From the NCBI GenBank assembly GCA_951406725.2, contig OX597821.1:100998001-101062000 (forward strand): a stretch of DNA of 64,000 nt, written 5' to 3'. The position numbers were made by a program, and so were the translations under genes. Origin of the DNA: Octopus vulgaris (lineage: Eukaryota). Shown here piece by piece: positions 26,295-39,087 of the stretch (positions within the stretch are counted from its first letter, which is position 1; every line of letters starts with the position of its first letter). The notes under the pieces were generated by a model. It saw only the letters and a list, made by a program, of their open reading frames with translations, was not told where the DNA came from and ran no database searches.

Positions 26295-28347
26295 AACAAC
26301 AAAACCAGAATTATCCTTTAGCTGGAAAGCTAAATTTCAAGTTTTCTTTAAAATACAATGTCGATAACATTAAATGTGACTCGGCAGTGTGAATCCATAG
26401 AAGATAAACACAATAAAAACAGGAAGTATAAACAGTATATTTAACCGTTTTAACAGAGTTAGTGTAAGAAATCTTGAGTTGAAATCTGCATATGATGGAT
26501 GGCCATACATTGATTGTCATCTAGGAAACCTATAGTGAATTGGTAAGTGCTGACACTTCACAGGTGGAGCCATATAAGAAAATTGTCAAATGAACTTATT
26601 AGATTTGTGAGCCTTTTCTCATCTAAGGTTTGGAATGCTAATAAATCTGTCTTGTCGCACGACGCTGTTCCTAAAAATAACTTTCTCTGGAAACACGAAC
26701 ACAGCATTGTTGCTTGTATGTTAAGGAGCAAATTTCTGCCTTATTACGTGCAAACATTCATAGCAGGTTTGCATTGCCTCAAGCTCCAGGTAGCAGGTAA
26801 ATCAATGAATGTATATGAACCAGTTTACAGTAATATATACCAGCACAAAGAATGCATGGTTCATTTCAGAGATTCTCTTTTTTTTCTTTTTTTTTTCCTA
26901 ACTGGTTCTCCAATCACTTTGTTTCTGATGTAAGGTGTTTCTAGACAGATCTTCTGAACATTGTTGCTTTCAGACAATGGCCCTACACACAGGCAGAAGA
27001 ATTAAAGCTCTCTCTCTCTCTATTTATTTATTTGTTTTATTTCATTTCCACCAATCAACACACTGCAACTATCTGCTAGCAAAGAGACAGGGCCAATATG
27101 TCTATTTCTGCACATTCAAGAAGAGTCTGAAAGGGATGGAATACTCGCCTTTACCACTACAACCACCACCTTCAAACACTTAATAAAACTATTAAACTAT
27201 TATTATAGCTATATAGCAAAATGTGGAGGCGCAATGGCCTAGTGGCTAGGGCAGCGGACTCGCATCGCAGGATCGCGGTTTCGATTCCCAGACCGGGCGT
27301 TGTGAGTGTTTATTGAGCGAAAACACCTAAAAGCTCCACGAGGCTCCGGCAGGGGGTGGTGATCCCTGCTGTACACTTTCACTACTCTTTCTTCTGTTGG
27401 CCTGCTCGCTTAGCCAGCGGGGTGGCGTCATTGGAAGACTAAAAACAATGCGAACGCATTGCGACCAGCGATGTGTAACAACATCTGATGGTCTGGTCGG
27501 TCACGTGATCACATGATATAGCAAAATACCTTAAACTACACAAACATCTACATAAAAATTACACATTCTTTATTATAATTAAATAACGTGCCCAAATGTA
27601 TATCATATTAAAGTTTTTTTTTTCTTTTCCACTATAAAATACAAAATGTCTGTAGATTACCATCAATGTGATAGACTTTCAGCATAAATAAGAAACTCAC
27701 TTTGGAGACAAGTGTAAACAAATCAAAATCGCTGACATGGCTGATGACAGTACTGCCTGATTGGCACTTGTGCCAGTGGAACGTTAAAAACACATCTGAC
27801 TGTGATCATTGCCAGGGCCACGGATTGGCTCCCATGCCTGTGACATGTGAAAAGCGCCATTCAAGCATGATCGTTGCCAGCGTTGCCTTACTGGCACATG
27901 TATCAGTGGCATGTGAAAAGCAACATTCAAGAGTGATCGTTGCCAGTGCCGCTGTCCTGGCTCCCGTGCCAGTAGCACATAAAAACACATTTTGAGCGTG
28001 GTCATTGCCAGAACTGCCTGACTGGTCCTCATGCCAGTGGCACATAAAAGTACCCACTACACTCTCGGAGTGGTTGGCGTTAGGAATGGCATCCAGCTGT
28101 AGAAACTTTGCCAGATCAGATTGAGCCTGGTGCAGCCTCTGGCTCACTAGTCCTCAGTCAAACTGTCCAACCTATGACAGCATGGAAAGCAGACGTTAAA
28201 CGATGCTGATGATATATATATATATAGAAAATAGTAAAAAGTGAAAAGACTACAGAAGGCTTGTTTTAAAAGGTTAAAAAATATATATTTGAGTCAATAT
28301 GTCTGAAGAATATTATAAATTTTTTTTCTTACAATGACATAATTTAG

Positions 28348-28387
28348 AAGAAATGACCGGTTTCGCGTTTAGCTTTTCAAATTTCTT
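28348..28387 (-). ncRNA. Minimal type I hammerhead ribozyme, U3-A8 core variant (3' pLTR)
   Basis: AAGAAAU-UUGAAAA-GC UAAAC GC-GAAA-CCG-GUC-AUUUCUU: 7-bp stem I, 2-bp stem II, palindromic stem III, GUC triplet. Confidence 0.72.
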
Positions 28388-28496
28388 ACGTCGTTATGTT
28401 TATGTTGAGAAGAGTTATCGTTATGTTTATGTTGAAGAGAGTTCTAGATAAGGGGAGGTAATAAGTGATTTCTTCCGGTGTAAGGGAGATAATCGC

Positions 28497-29168
28497 TTAA
28501 AATATTTTGCCTTTCCTTTGGGGTGAATTTCTCTGTATAAGTATGTTGGAATGGTTAAGTCTGGGCTTGTACTTTTCAATGAAGAATGTTTCCTTGTTTA
28601 GTCTAATTTGTGTTGGTGTTCCGATAGCACATTGGTAAAATGGAAAGATTAAAAATTGTGGTAGTAGTTGCTTTGTGCATTTCTCAATGTGCTCACTAAA
28701 AGGTATCATTCTGTATTCTGGGAATGCAATCCGTTGTCGATGTAGTGTGCATCTACGTCTGAGTGATAGTCCCATGGATCCCACGTAGTCTTGGTGGCAG
28801 CCCGAGCATTTTATGACATAAATTATGTTTTCAGAGGCACAAGTAAAATTAGATTTGATCTTGAATTTCTGTCCCTCTTCTAGCAGGTTTGGACATATTG
28901 CACAGTTCGGTCTACCACATTTTTTTACTTTTCCATCCGTAATTTCAAAAAGCAATTTTGCCTTTGTGAGAATCTTTTTAAGTGATTTAGGTTGTTTGTA
29001 GCTTTTAATGATTTGGTGTATGTTTAGAATTTCCTTTAATTTGGGGTCCTTATGAAGTATTGGTAAATTCTGGATGATGATGGTGAAGGCTTCTTTGTTT
29101 CTGGGGTTGTATGTGGATATGTAAGGTAGTATTTTCTGGGAAGGTGTGTTGTTGTGTTGAACTTTTCT
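28497..29168 (-). pseudogene. PLE ORF C-terminus: RT thumb/linker, Cys-rich linker and GIY-YIG endonuclease
   Basis: Open frame ...LPYISTYNPRNK...QPKSLKKILTK...KCGRPNCAICPNL...FTCASENIIYVIKCSGCHQDYVGSMGLSLRRRCTLH...RLNKETFFIEKYKPRLN. RT core is absent. Confidence 0.88.
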
Positions 29169-29183
29169 TAAACATAACGACGT

Positions 29184-29223
29184 AAGAAATTTGAAAAGCT
29201 AAATGCGAAACCGGTCATTTCTT
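29184..29223 (+). ncRNA. Minimal type I hammerhead ribozyme, U3-A8 core variant (inverted pLTR copy)
   Basis: aagaaat ttgaaaa gc taaat gc gaaa ccggtc atttctt. Confidence 0.72.
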
Positions 29224-30015
29224 CTAAACTATGTCATTGTAAGAAAAAAATTTATAATATTCTTCAGACATATTGACTCAAACATATATTTTTTAACCTT
29301 TTAAAACAAGCCTTCTGTAGTCTTTTCACTTTTTATTATTTTCTATATATTCAACCACGTGCTTTCACAAACCAACTTTCTCATATATATATATATATGT
29401 GTGTGTGTGCGTGTGTGGAGGCACAATGGCCCAGTGGTTAGGGCAGCTGACTCGCGGTCGTAGGATTGCGGTTTCGATTCCCAGACCGGGCGTTGTGTGT
29501 GTTTATTGAGCGAAAACACCTAACTAAAAGCTCCACGAGCTCCGGGCAGGGGGTGGTGATCCCTGCTGTACTCTTTCACTACTCTTTCTCACTCTTCTGC
29601 TGGCCTGCTCGCTTAGCCACTGGAGTGGCGTCGTTTGAAGGCTAAAACAATGCGAACGCATTGTGACCAGCGATGAGTAGCAACATCTGATGGTCTGGTC
29701 GGTCACGTGATATATATATATACGTAACAAACACCATCCGATCGTGGCCGTTCGCCAGCCTCGTCTGGCACCTGTGTCGGTGGCACATAAAAAACACCAT
29801 CCGAGCGTAGCCGTTCGCCAGCCTCATCTGGCACCTGTGTCGGTGGCACATAAAATCACCCACTACACTCTCGGAGTGGTTGGTGTTAGGAAGGGCATCC
29901 AGCTGTAGAAACACTGCCAGATCTGACTGGCCTGGTTCAGCCTTCGGGCTCCCCAGACCCCAGTTGAACCGTCCAACCCATGCTAGCATGGAAAGCGGAC
30001 GTTAAATGATGATGA

Positions 30016-30051
<36 letters not shown>

Positions 30052-30269
30052 TTTCATTTTCATTTCCTTTTTCCATTCTTGTATGTTGAAACAGATTTTC
30101 TATGGCTGGATGTTCTTCTGGTCAACAACCTTCATCTGTTTCTAGGTAAAGTAATATTCCCTCAAGGCCAGACATATTTCTGTAGAATAGTGAAAATAAT
30201 TGACCCTGTTTCTATGACAACACTTATTTACAACTATTACACGATGTGAAGACAGAAAAACTCACACAC

Positions 30270-30641
30270 ATATATGTACGTGTACACATATGTATGTGTG
30301 TGTACATATGTATGTGTATGTGTGTGTATATATGTGTGTGTATATGTGTATGTATGTGTGTGTGCATATTCATATATGTGTGCATGTGTTAATATGTGTA
30401 TGTGTGTGTGCATGTGTGTGTATTTTCATGTGTGTGTGTACATGTGTGTGTGTGTACATGTGTGTGTGTACATGTGTGTGTATACATGTGTGTGTATACA
30501 TGTGTGTGTATACATGTGTGTTCATGTGTGTGTGTTCATGTGTGTGTGTACATGTGTGTGTGTTCATGTGTGTGTGTTCATGTGTGTGTGTACATGCCTG
30601 TGTGTACATGTCTGTGTGTTCATGCATGTGTGTGTGTGTGT
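30270..30641. repeat. (TG)n-derived compound microsatellite
   Basis: gtgtgt(a/t)catgt units; source of the spurious C/V/M-rich ORFs. Confidence 0.95.
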
Positions 30642-33600
30642 AGTGCCCAGTTTCTGTGAAGTCATGCCTTCCTTTACTGTTTAGCAAGTTATTAATGACA
30701 ATTTTGAAAGTTACTAAATCTGGATCATGTATCATGTTGTTAATTACTCTTTGATACTCCAACCCATAAAACATGAGTTAGGGGTCAAAAGTATCTCCCA
30801 ATCGGGGAAATGATACATATCAACCCTAAAACAGGAATTGGGTGCTAGTTTTGACTCACCCTGTATAGGTATGTGTGTGTGTGTATGTATGTATATATAT
30901 ATATATATATCCTTCAAGTTTGTTTGCAGGGAACATATTTTCGAGCACACACATAAAAGCTCCTATGTTATGTCAGCTATGGCCTAGTAATTCCAATTTG
31001 CAACAGCAGTTTTATGGGACTGTATCAAGCTGTGTCAATATGACGTAGGATAAATATAGTAGTAGTACTAGTAATAATAATAATAATAATAATCTGAGGA
31101 TGGATTTTATAAATATTTTAATGCATTACAAATTGTATTGTAATTATCCTATGGATGCAGATTATGGACACAATAATCATGTGATTTGTGGAAATGCACA
31201 TAGCGATGCATTAAAATATTTATAAATTCTATCCCTGAATTATTATTATTATTATTATATATATATAAATGTAAGATCCAGGGTGTAAGATCAAGGTGTA
31301 GGAAGACAGTTAGCTTCATGCAATCCATAGTAAATATTTAAAAAAACAACGTTCAGGAACACTAGTGGTTTATTGAGACAGTAGGTTGTGGGTTACTTTT
31401 CTTTATCAAAGAACGTTGAGCAGAAAAAAGTTCTTTTTATATTCCACAGGAAACAATGAGGGTTGCCGAGAGTGCAAAAAAGAATACAAGAGTTACCGAA
31501 TGGAGTAGGTAAAAATCCGGGCTATATACGCTTCGTAACAAGAGGAACCTCAGAAATGGTAAAAAACACCATTTGAGTGTGGCCATTGCCAGTACCGCCT
31601 GACTGGCCCTCATGCTGGTGGCACGTAAAAGCACCCACTACATTCTTGGAGTGGTTGGTGTTAGGAAAGGTATCCAGCTGTACAAACTCTGCCAGATCAA
31701 GACTGGAGCCTGGTGCAGCCATCTGGTTCGCCTGTCCTCAGTCAAATCGTCCAATGCTAGCATGGAAAGCGGACATTAAACAATGATGATGATGATGATG
31801 ATGACACAGCACTCATAAAATAAATATTTACTTTTTTTTCCATTTTTTCCTATAAACAAAAAAAAATATCCCATACATATGATACAACCTTTATCTTCCA
31901 CATAAATAAGCGTGAATATTTCATGGAATTGCACTTATGTGCATGTGTTAAATGATAGGTGATATAAGAAACTTATTTCAATAAAAAAAAAAAATACACT
32001 TTCCACTACCACCACCTTCACCTCTCTCTCTCCCCTCCTCTCTTTAACCTCACCATCAGAACATCACCCCTCTGCTAAAATTATTACACTCCCCCTACCT
32101 CACGTCACGGATGCTTCTCTCTCTTTTTCTTCCTCCCTCTTCACCTTATCCTCTTTTTCTCTCTGCTTTTTCTTTCTCCTCTCTTTCCCTTCAACTAAGC
32201 ACATGGAAGCCTTACAATTACATTCCCTCTACCTCATGTCATGGACGCTTCTCTCTCCCTCTTTTCTTTCTCTCTCTCTTTTTCTCTAATCATGTGAAAG
32301 CATTACTAATGGGTTAAGTAACACAATGACAAGCAAAATTATTATAAATTGTGCGTGTGTGTGTGTGTGTGTGTTAGTTATGTTACAAATAGTTTCATAA
32401 TACCTTCCAGGCGTGGCCTGATTTTTATATGTTCACTCTGTAATCTTTATAACTAAGAGACTCTTAAGAAGAAATTGCAGCAAAATAGCATGAATTCTTT
32501 TCAAAGGTTTTGTGGCAGGCACCTTAACATACACTTTACAAACATATGTATGTTCTCTTATGTTTTTAATTATTTGAAGTCTTCCTGTAAGAAAGGAGCT
32601 TATGTTTATCTATCTATCTATCTATCTATCTATGTAGGTGTGTATGTAGATATATGTTTGTATGAGAGAGAGAGAGAGAGAGAGAAAGAGAGGAGGGATA
32701 CAAAGAGACAGTAAACTAAGAAGAATAAACATAATAATACTGAACTTAAAACAAAGCATTACTAATAATAACTAAGTCAGATGAATTAAATAGCAGAACT
32801 AATAGAAACGAAAATACTTCATCCACCAACTTAGGAATTCCATATATTCATTAATTGTTAAACAATATAAAACAAGAGAAGACTGAAATGAGTAATGAAC
32901 AAAGAATAGTGACTATAATACTTCCACCACTAATTAATCAGGAAAAAAAAAAACAGGACATTCACAGACTTATATCACATGGGAAATTGTTACAAATGAA
33001 TATCGGTTTCTCACAAGACAAGGCTTAGATTTATATGTGACAAAGGTCAATGAGATTTGTGTAATGTTTATGTAGGGTTTTTACTATATTATTACTACTA
33101 AAAGGCAGCAAGCTAGCAGAATTGTTTACGCACTGCACAAAATACTTAGAGGCATTTCGTCTGTCTTTATGTTCTGAGTTCTGATTCTGCCGAGATTAAA
33201 TTTGCCTTTCAACCTTTCAGGGTCAATAAAATAAGTACCAGTCAAGCACTGGAGTCAATGTAATAGACTCACCCTCTCCCCATAATTCCAGGCTTTGTAC
33301 CTACAGTAGAAAGGATTATTATTATTATTATTATTATTATTGAAGGCAGCAAGCTAGCAGAATCATTTGCCCATCGCACAAAATGCTTAACAACATTTCA
33401 TCTGTCTTTCTGCTCCGAGTTCAAATTCTGCTGAGGTTGACTTTGCCTTTCATCTTTTTGGGGTCAATGAAACAAGTACCAGTTAAGTACAGAAATTATC
33501 GTTATTGACGAGACCCCTCATCTAAAATTTCAGGCCATGTATCTCATGAAAAATGGATTATATTGGTTTCAAATTCTAGCAACAAGGCCAGCAAGTTCAG

Positions 33601-34267
33601 GGAAGTGGCCAAGTCAGTTGTATCGAACCCAGTGGTCAACTGGTACTTATTTTATTGACCCTGAAAATATGAAGAAAAAAAAAAAACACAAAGTCGATCC
33701 CAGCAGAATTTGAAATCAGAATGTAAAAATGGATTAAACACCACGAAGCATTTTGCCTGAAGTCTTCAAGAGATACAATTTAGATAGTGTAGAATAGTGC
33801 CATATTGGAATTTGTTGAGAAAAAAAGTTTCGGGGGGGTTTAGAGAGGAGTTTCAGATAATTCACACACTTCTACAATATTTTCTCATAACTGTGAAAAA
33901 TGGAGTTCTTTGTGCTTTTTCTTTCTTTTGCTGTTTTTTTTTTTAATTCTATAAATACGTTTTAGATGGTGGTGACTACGACTGTTGGAATTTAATGCGA
34001 AAAAAAAATGGGAACGAATAATTCAAATGTCTTGACACTGTTTCCTCATATATTCTGATAAAATCATAATCTACATCTGAAACAAATTTGCTAAAAATTG
34101 TTGAAGGGCTTCAAGAGAACATTGTAAAAGCTCCACCACCCCACCCCCAACTTCCTACTATAGACACAAGGCCTGAAATTTAGTAGGAAGAGAATAATCG
34201 ATTACATCAACCCAAATTTTTGACTGTTACTTAATTTATCAACTCCTAAAAGCTGAAAGCCAAAGTA

Positions 34268-34783
34268 TACCGTAAATCCTCGAGTATAATCCGCATTTTT
34301 TCCCCAAAATTTAAAGGTCAAAATCCCTAGTGCGTACTATATACGAGGTTTAAATGAAAATTATTTTCTAAGCAATGTCCGAGTCTCTATTTGCTGTCCG
34401 GCAATGTTTATTCAGACACATTTTGTGATGTCGGGCGCGAAAATACCTTAAGCTAAGCCTGAAAGCAATGAAATCATAAAAGAATCATCCATAACTTGCA
34501 ATAAGCAACAGTTATTAAACGTTGTTTACTGTTATTTCTTTATTTTCTGCCAACAAAATGCACAAAAAAACTACACGTTTGCATTATGTTATATATACAA
34601 TAATAATAAAGGACATTACCATATATATTTTTACAAACCAAGGACGTTATAAACACCTCCTTGACTCAAGTTAGAGAAGGGGTGCGTATTATACACGAGG
34701 TTTAGGTTTTTCAGAGGTACAGCCCCCTAAAAACCCCTTGCGTATTATACTCAAGGGCAGACTAAACTCGAGGATTTACGGTA
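34268..34783. mobile_element. Tc1/mariner (pogo-like) MITE nested in a SINE
   Basis: TIRs TACCGTAAATCCTCGAGT / ACTCGAGGATTTACGGTA; splits a SINE (caaagt|...|cctcggcgaattttgaactcagaacg). Confidence 0.85.
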
Positions 34784-35001
34784 CCTCGGCGAATTTTGAA
34801 CTCAGAACGTAAATCCGAAAGAAATGCCGCTAAGCATTTAGTCCGGCGTGCTGCCCTGAGCGTTCTATACAGTCTACTAAATACACATGCGATAGGGGGT
34901 GTCGCATATGTAAATCTAATGACGAAATTTCTGGAAAATAAAAACAACGCAATGCAAAATGGATCTTGTGTTTAAAACCCGATTTTAAAAGACAAGGTAC
35001 T

Positions 35002-35094
35002 TGGTAGGACGTCAGATCAAATACTTTCCAGTATGGTAGGACGTCAGATCAAATACTTTCCAGTATGGTAGGACGTCAGATCAAATACTTTCCA
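35002..35094. repeat. 32-bp tandem repeat, ~3 copies
   Basis: tggtaggacgtcagatcaaatactttccagta at 35002, 35034 and 35066. Confidence 0.95.
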
Positions 35095-38000
35095 TCTTTG
35101 AATGCAACTTTTCAAAATGGTTGACTTTCTCCCACCCTTCAAAAATTAAATTAGATCTTTCACATGTTATATAAAATTTTAATCAACGATACTGTACAGT
35201 TTTCTATTAGTTAGCATGGGTAGCAGAATCGTTAGAACGTCGGAGGAAATAATTGCAGTATTTCCGGCTCTTCACGTTCTGAGTTCAAATCCCGCCGAGG
35301 TCAATTTTGCCTTTCATCGCTCCATGGTCAATAAAATAAAGTACTAGTCAAGTATTGAGGTCGATAGTAGCAACTAATCCCCTCCGCTCAAAATTGCTGA
35401 CCTTGTGCCTAAATCATAATTAGTTAGCATCGTCAAATATTGGTTTTTCGGATTTGAGCCGACAATTTGTGGAAATATCTTTATTCCGTTCAGGTTTTAA
35501 CTATGCGTGTGCGCGCGAGAGAGCACTTTGAGTTTGTATGCCTAAAATTAATTAAATGGCTTCAAGCTGGTACCGTAAAAACAGTGGGGCTTTTTTAATG
35601 AGAAATATGAAAAAAATAATGTCTTTTTGTTAGCTATACCAGTAAATTTAGGCTTTTGTGTTTGCATTGTAACATTGCTTATGGCTGGAGGCTCCTGATA
35701 TTGATTGATTTATTGATGTCTTGCTCCAATAAAAGGCATCTTTTCTATGCAGATGTGAGCATAATCAATTAGGGTATGTCGTCACCCACAGAGGAAGGGA
35801 GGATCATAGCCAACCTTACAGGTGAGATTGTCGTCAGCCATGGAGGGAAAAGAAGGCGTTGTGTTATATAAGGCCAGTAAGAATAGGCTCACGTTTTTCA
35901 TGGACGTCTGAATGTTATATAACATTCAGATAATAAGCGTTGCTAGTTTTACATATTTCCATGACAGTTGATTCATCTGAACGTAGTACTTGCAGCATTA
36001 TTGCCCTAATTTTTTTTATGTCAACGTCTTGCTTCAGCACACATTTTATGTGCGTAGGTGTGTGTCTAGTTACCTAGGGTATGGTATGTTGTCAGCCAGG
36101 AAGAAAGAGATAGTATGGCGATTATAAAATCCAGTAAGAATATGTTCATAGCCCTCGTTGAAGTCTTAAAGTTATATGACATTCGTGTTGTGTGTTGCTA
36201 GTTTTACACACTGCCATGGCAGTTGATTCAAGTCGAGATGGTTAAGAGATCCATAGTACTTATGTATTATTTGTTTGAATATAAATATAAAATTACCAGT
36301 CTGAAAAGAAGGATCATTTTAAAAAGTAGTCTTGAAAACTCTGCCAAAGACGGAGGTGTAATTTACTTTCGTGGGTCGACTAACCATAGATAAGTTCTTC
36401 CAATTCATGAACAACAGAAACATTTAACTTTCTGGGTTTTGAATTTATATTTTTAGTTTATTCTTTTATATAAATGTTATATTCTCAGTCTGTCATGACT
36501 ACCAGATTTAAATTGGTGTTTAAAATGATTTATCTGTGAACAGAGCAAGAGCTTCGCTATACAGATGAATAAAGAGCTTCCAGAAATAAATAATTTCATA
36601 CGGCCCCAACATTAATTGTTTGATTGTGAGACTTCCATAAAGAAGTCGAACAAATAATTACTATTATTAAAAACCATTATAATGGCGACGAAGATGCACT
36701 AAACGATGACATTGTACAGGGCCGGCTCTTGGGTGGATGATATACCGGGCATGCACTCTTACAAATATATTTTTTTTTTAATATTTCATAAGAAGGAAAA
36801 ATGTAGAAATGAAGTATCTGTTATAATATTAAAGTAAAGAAAAAAGTTCGAATAAGATATCAGTTTCTAAATACTTTCATTATTAATAAAGTAGGGAGGG
36901 TCGTCGCCATAACTGGTGCCTCCACCCGCCTTACAGGAAAAATTTTAATTTTTTCGTGAAATTTTACAGAGTAACGTTTTCGAAAGTGTAGATTACGGCT
37001 GATTACAGCATAAGAAAATTTTTCCTGTTTTTTCACACACACCCCCCTCCTTTTGAATGAGTTTCAGTTCATTCTCTCCTATCCTCATGACGTTAATTCT
37101 TTAAAAATTCACAATTTTAAATGACATTTTGCAAATGTTTCATGTAAATCTGCAAAAAAAATTTTTAAATGCTAAACTGACAGAAATTTGGAACAGAGAG
37201 CAGGAGAAAATGATTTGAAACTCCAACTTTTTTTGTTCTTTTTCTCAAAATTTTATGGACATAATTGTAACCTATACTCTCGAAAACATCTCTGCAAAGT
37301 TTCATTCAAAAACATGTATTTAATTGGGATTTTCAGAAAGTTATGAAGAAACAAGTTCCTGGGGGGAAGAGCAGACGACAATTTGTAGTCAGCCCAAACT
37401 GTATTTGCATCAATGGCAATGATCTTGACACGCTTTTATCATAAACAAAAGATTGAGTAGATAGGTTGGTGAGAGTCCAAAGGCTGTCGTTCATTCATAC
37501 ACATGTAACAGATATTATTCCTAATAAACACAGTGTTGCAAAATTTAAACTTCCTTGTGCTCTACACAGGCGACCACCATTTTTCGGTTTTTCTACTCCT
37601 ACACTCACTTAAGTCACATTTTAAAATATTCTGGTATCAATCCAAAGAATTTTTACATATTGTTTTTATTCAGTTTTATTGGATCTTATTAAATTTCTTC
37701 CAACCATTTGAAGCATTTCAAATTTTCACCTGATTGTTTTCAAAAATTGTAATGGACTTTTACATGCCGATTTATTATTTTCTATTTGTAATGCCTAAAA
37801 TGCATGACGTGAAGCTCATGGGACTCAAGGGTGTTGCCTTTAGCCGTCCCTGCAAATCACGATCGTAAATTCAAGAAAATTTTTTTTAAGTCGGGCTTTA
37901 GTCGATACCACCGACCCGTGTACATGACTGGTAATTTATTTTATCGCGTCCAGACAGATGAAAAGCAAACTTGACTTTGGCAAGATTTGAACTCAGAACG

Positions 38001-38916
38001 TAAAGAGTCGAAAGAAATATCGTAAGACATTTTGTCAACGCTCTAACGATTCTGCCAGCTAGACACCCGAATTCACATTAAATTTTCTAAACAAATGAAC
38101 GAGTCAAAATAATCTCTCTTCTCTTTAAAGTATAAAATACGTAATTGTATAAAACAGTTATTTTAAATCAGCAGAAAATTACAAAAGTAACTTAAGGACC
38201 GAAAGTTTCGTGTATAGCATTATCAAACGATTTGATTTGATAAGTGCCATGAATGAAACTCCCGGCCATGACTCACTTTTGTAACTTTCGACTGATTAAA
38301 AATAGGTGTAGGCGTGGCTATGAGATAAGATTCCGAGCTCAGTCCCACTGCGTGGCACCTTGAGCAATTGTCTTCTACTATAAGTCTTGAGTCGACCAAA
38401 GCTTTGTGAGTGGCTTTGGTAGACGGTAACTGAAAGAAACCCATCGTGTATGTGTGTTTGTCTCCCACCGCCGCCTCACAACCGATGTTGGTGTGTTTAT
38501 GTCTCCGTAACTCAACGGTTCGACAAAAGAAGCCGACAGAATAAGAACCAGGCTTAAAAAAAGAATAAGTACTGGGGTCGATTTCAAGGCGATGCTCCAG
38601 CATGGTCGTGGTCTCATGACTGGAACAGGTAAAAGATAAAAATGTATTCGTGTATCGAGTTCTATTTCTCTTCTGTAAAAATCTACCTTTACCAAGTATA
38701 TAATATCTACCCTTTCGGCATAGACAGATACTTTGTCTTTTGTGTATGAAAAATAAAGGAAATGCACAGTGCAAAGTGATGTGTCCATCCGAAATATTTA
38801 ACTTTGATAACATAGATAAGGTTTTAGCTCTTATTGGCCGAGGCTGTCAAATAGCACCATCAAGAGAAGTCTTTTTTAAGTTCATATCACTGAAGTAGAG
38901 AGTAGTTCTTGGCCGG

Positions 38917-39087
38917 GGTATATCCATTCCGCCGAGGTCGACTTTGCCTTTCATCCTTTCGGGGTCGATAAATTAAGTACCAGTTACGCACTGGGGTCGA
39001 TGTAATCGACTTAATACCTATGTCTGTCCTTGTTTGTCCCCTCTAGGTTTAGCCCCTTGTGGGTAATAAAGAAATAGGTATATCCAT
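38917..39087 (+). mobile_element. 5'-truncated SINE with 11-bp TSD
   Basis: ggtatatccat flanks both ends. Confidence 0.8.

Larger units (their letters stand above)
28222..29385 (-). mobile_element. 5'-truncated Penelope-like retroelement with inverted pseudo-LTRs
   Basis: ~180 bp inverted repeats (about 28222-28402 and 29170-29350) flank a minus-strand GIY-YIG-type frame; inserted in a (TA)n tract. Confidence 0.88.

Noticed and set aside
26841-26982. bHLH-like exon on the minus strand (RKKKRK..ISEMNHAFFVL)
   Set aside because: The upstream frame stops (RKKKRKKRESLK*); the continuous reading needs a frameshift in an A-run, and no helix 2 exon was found.
30274-30774. Cys/Val/His-rich ORFs of 87-136 aa
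   Set aside because: Translations of a TG/CA microsatellite; the same applies to 24476-24727, 40347-40637 and 41366-41620.
38223-38813. Longest ORF in the track (196 aa)
   Set aside because: Mostly a read-through of a SINE copy with no protein motif.
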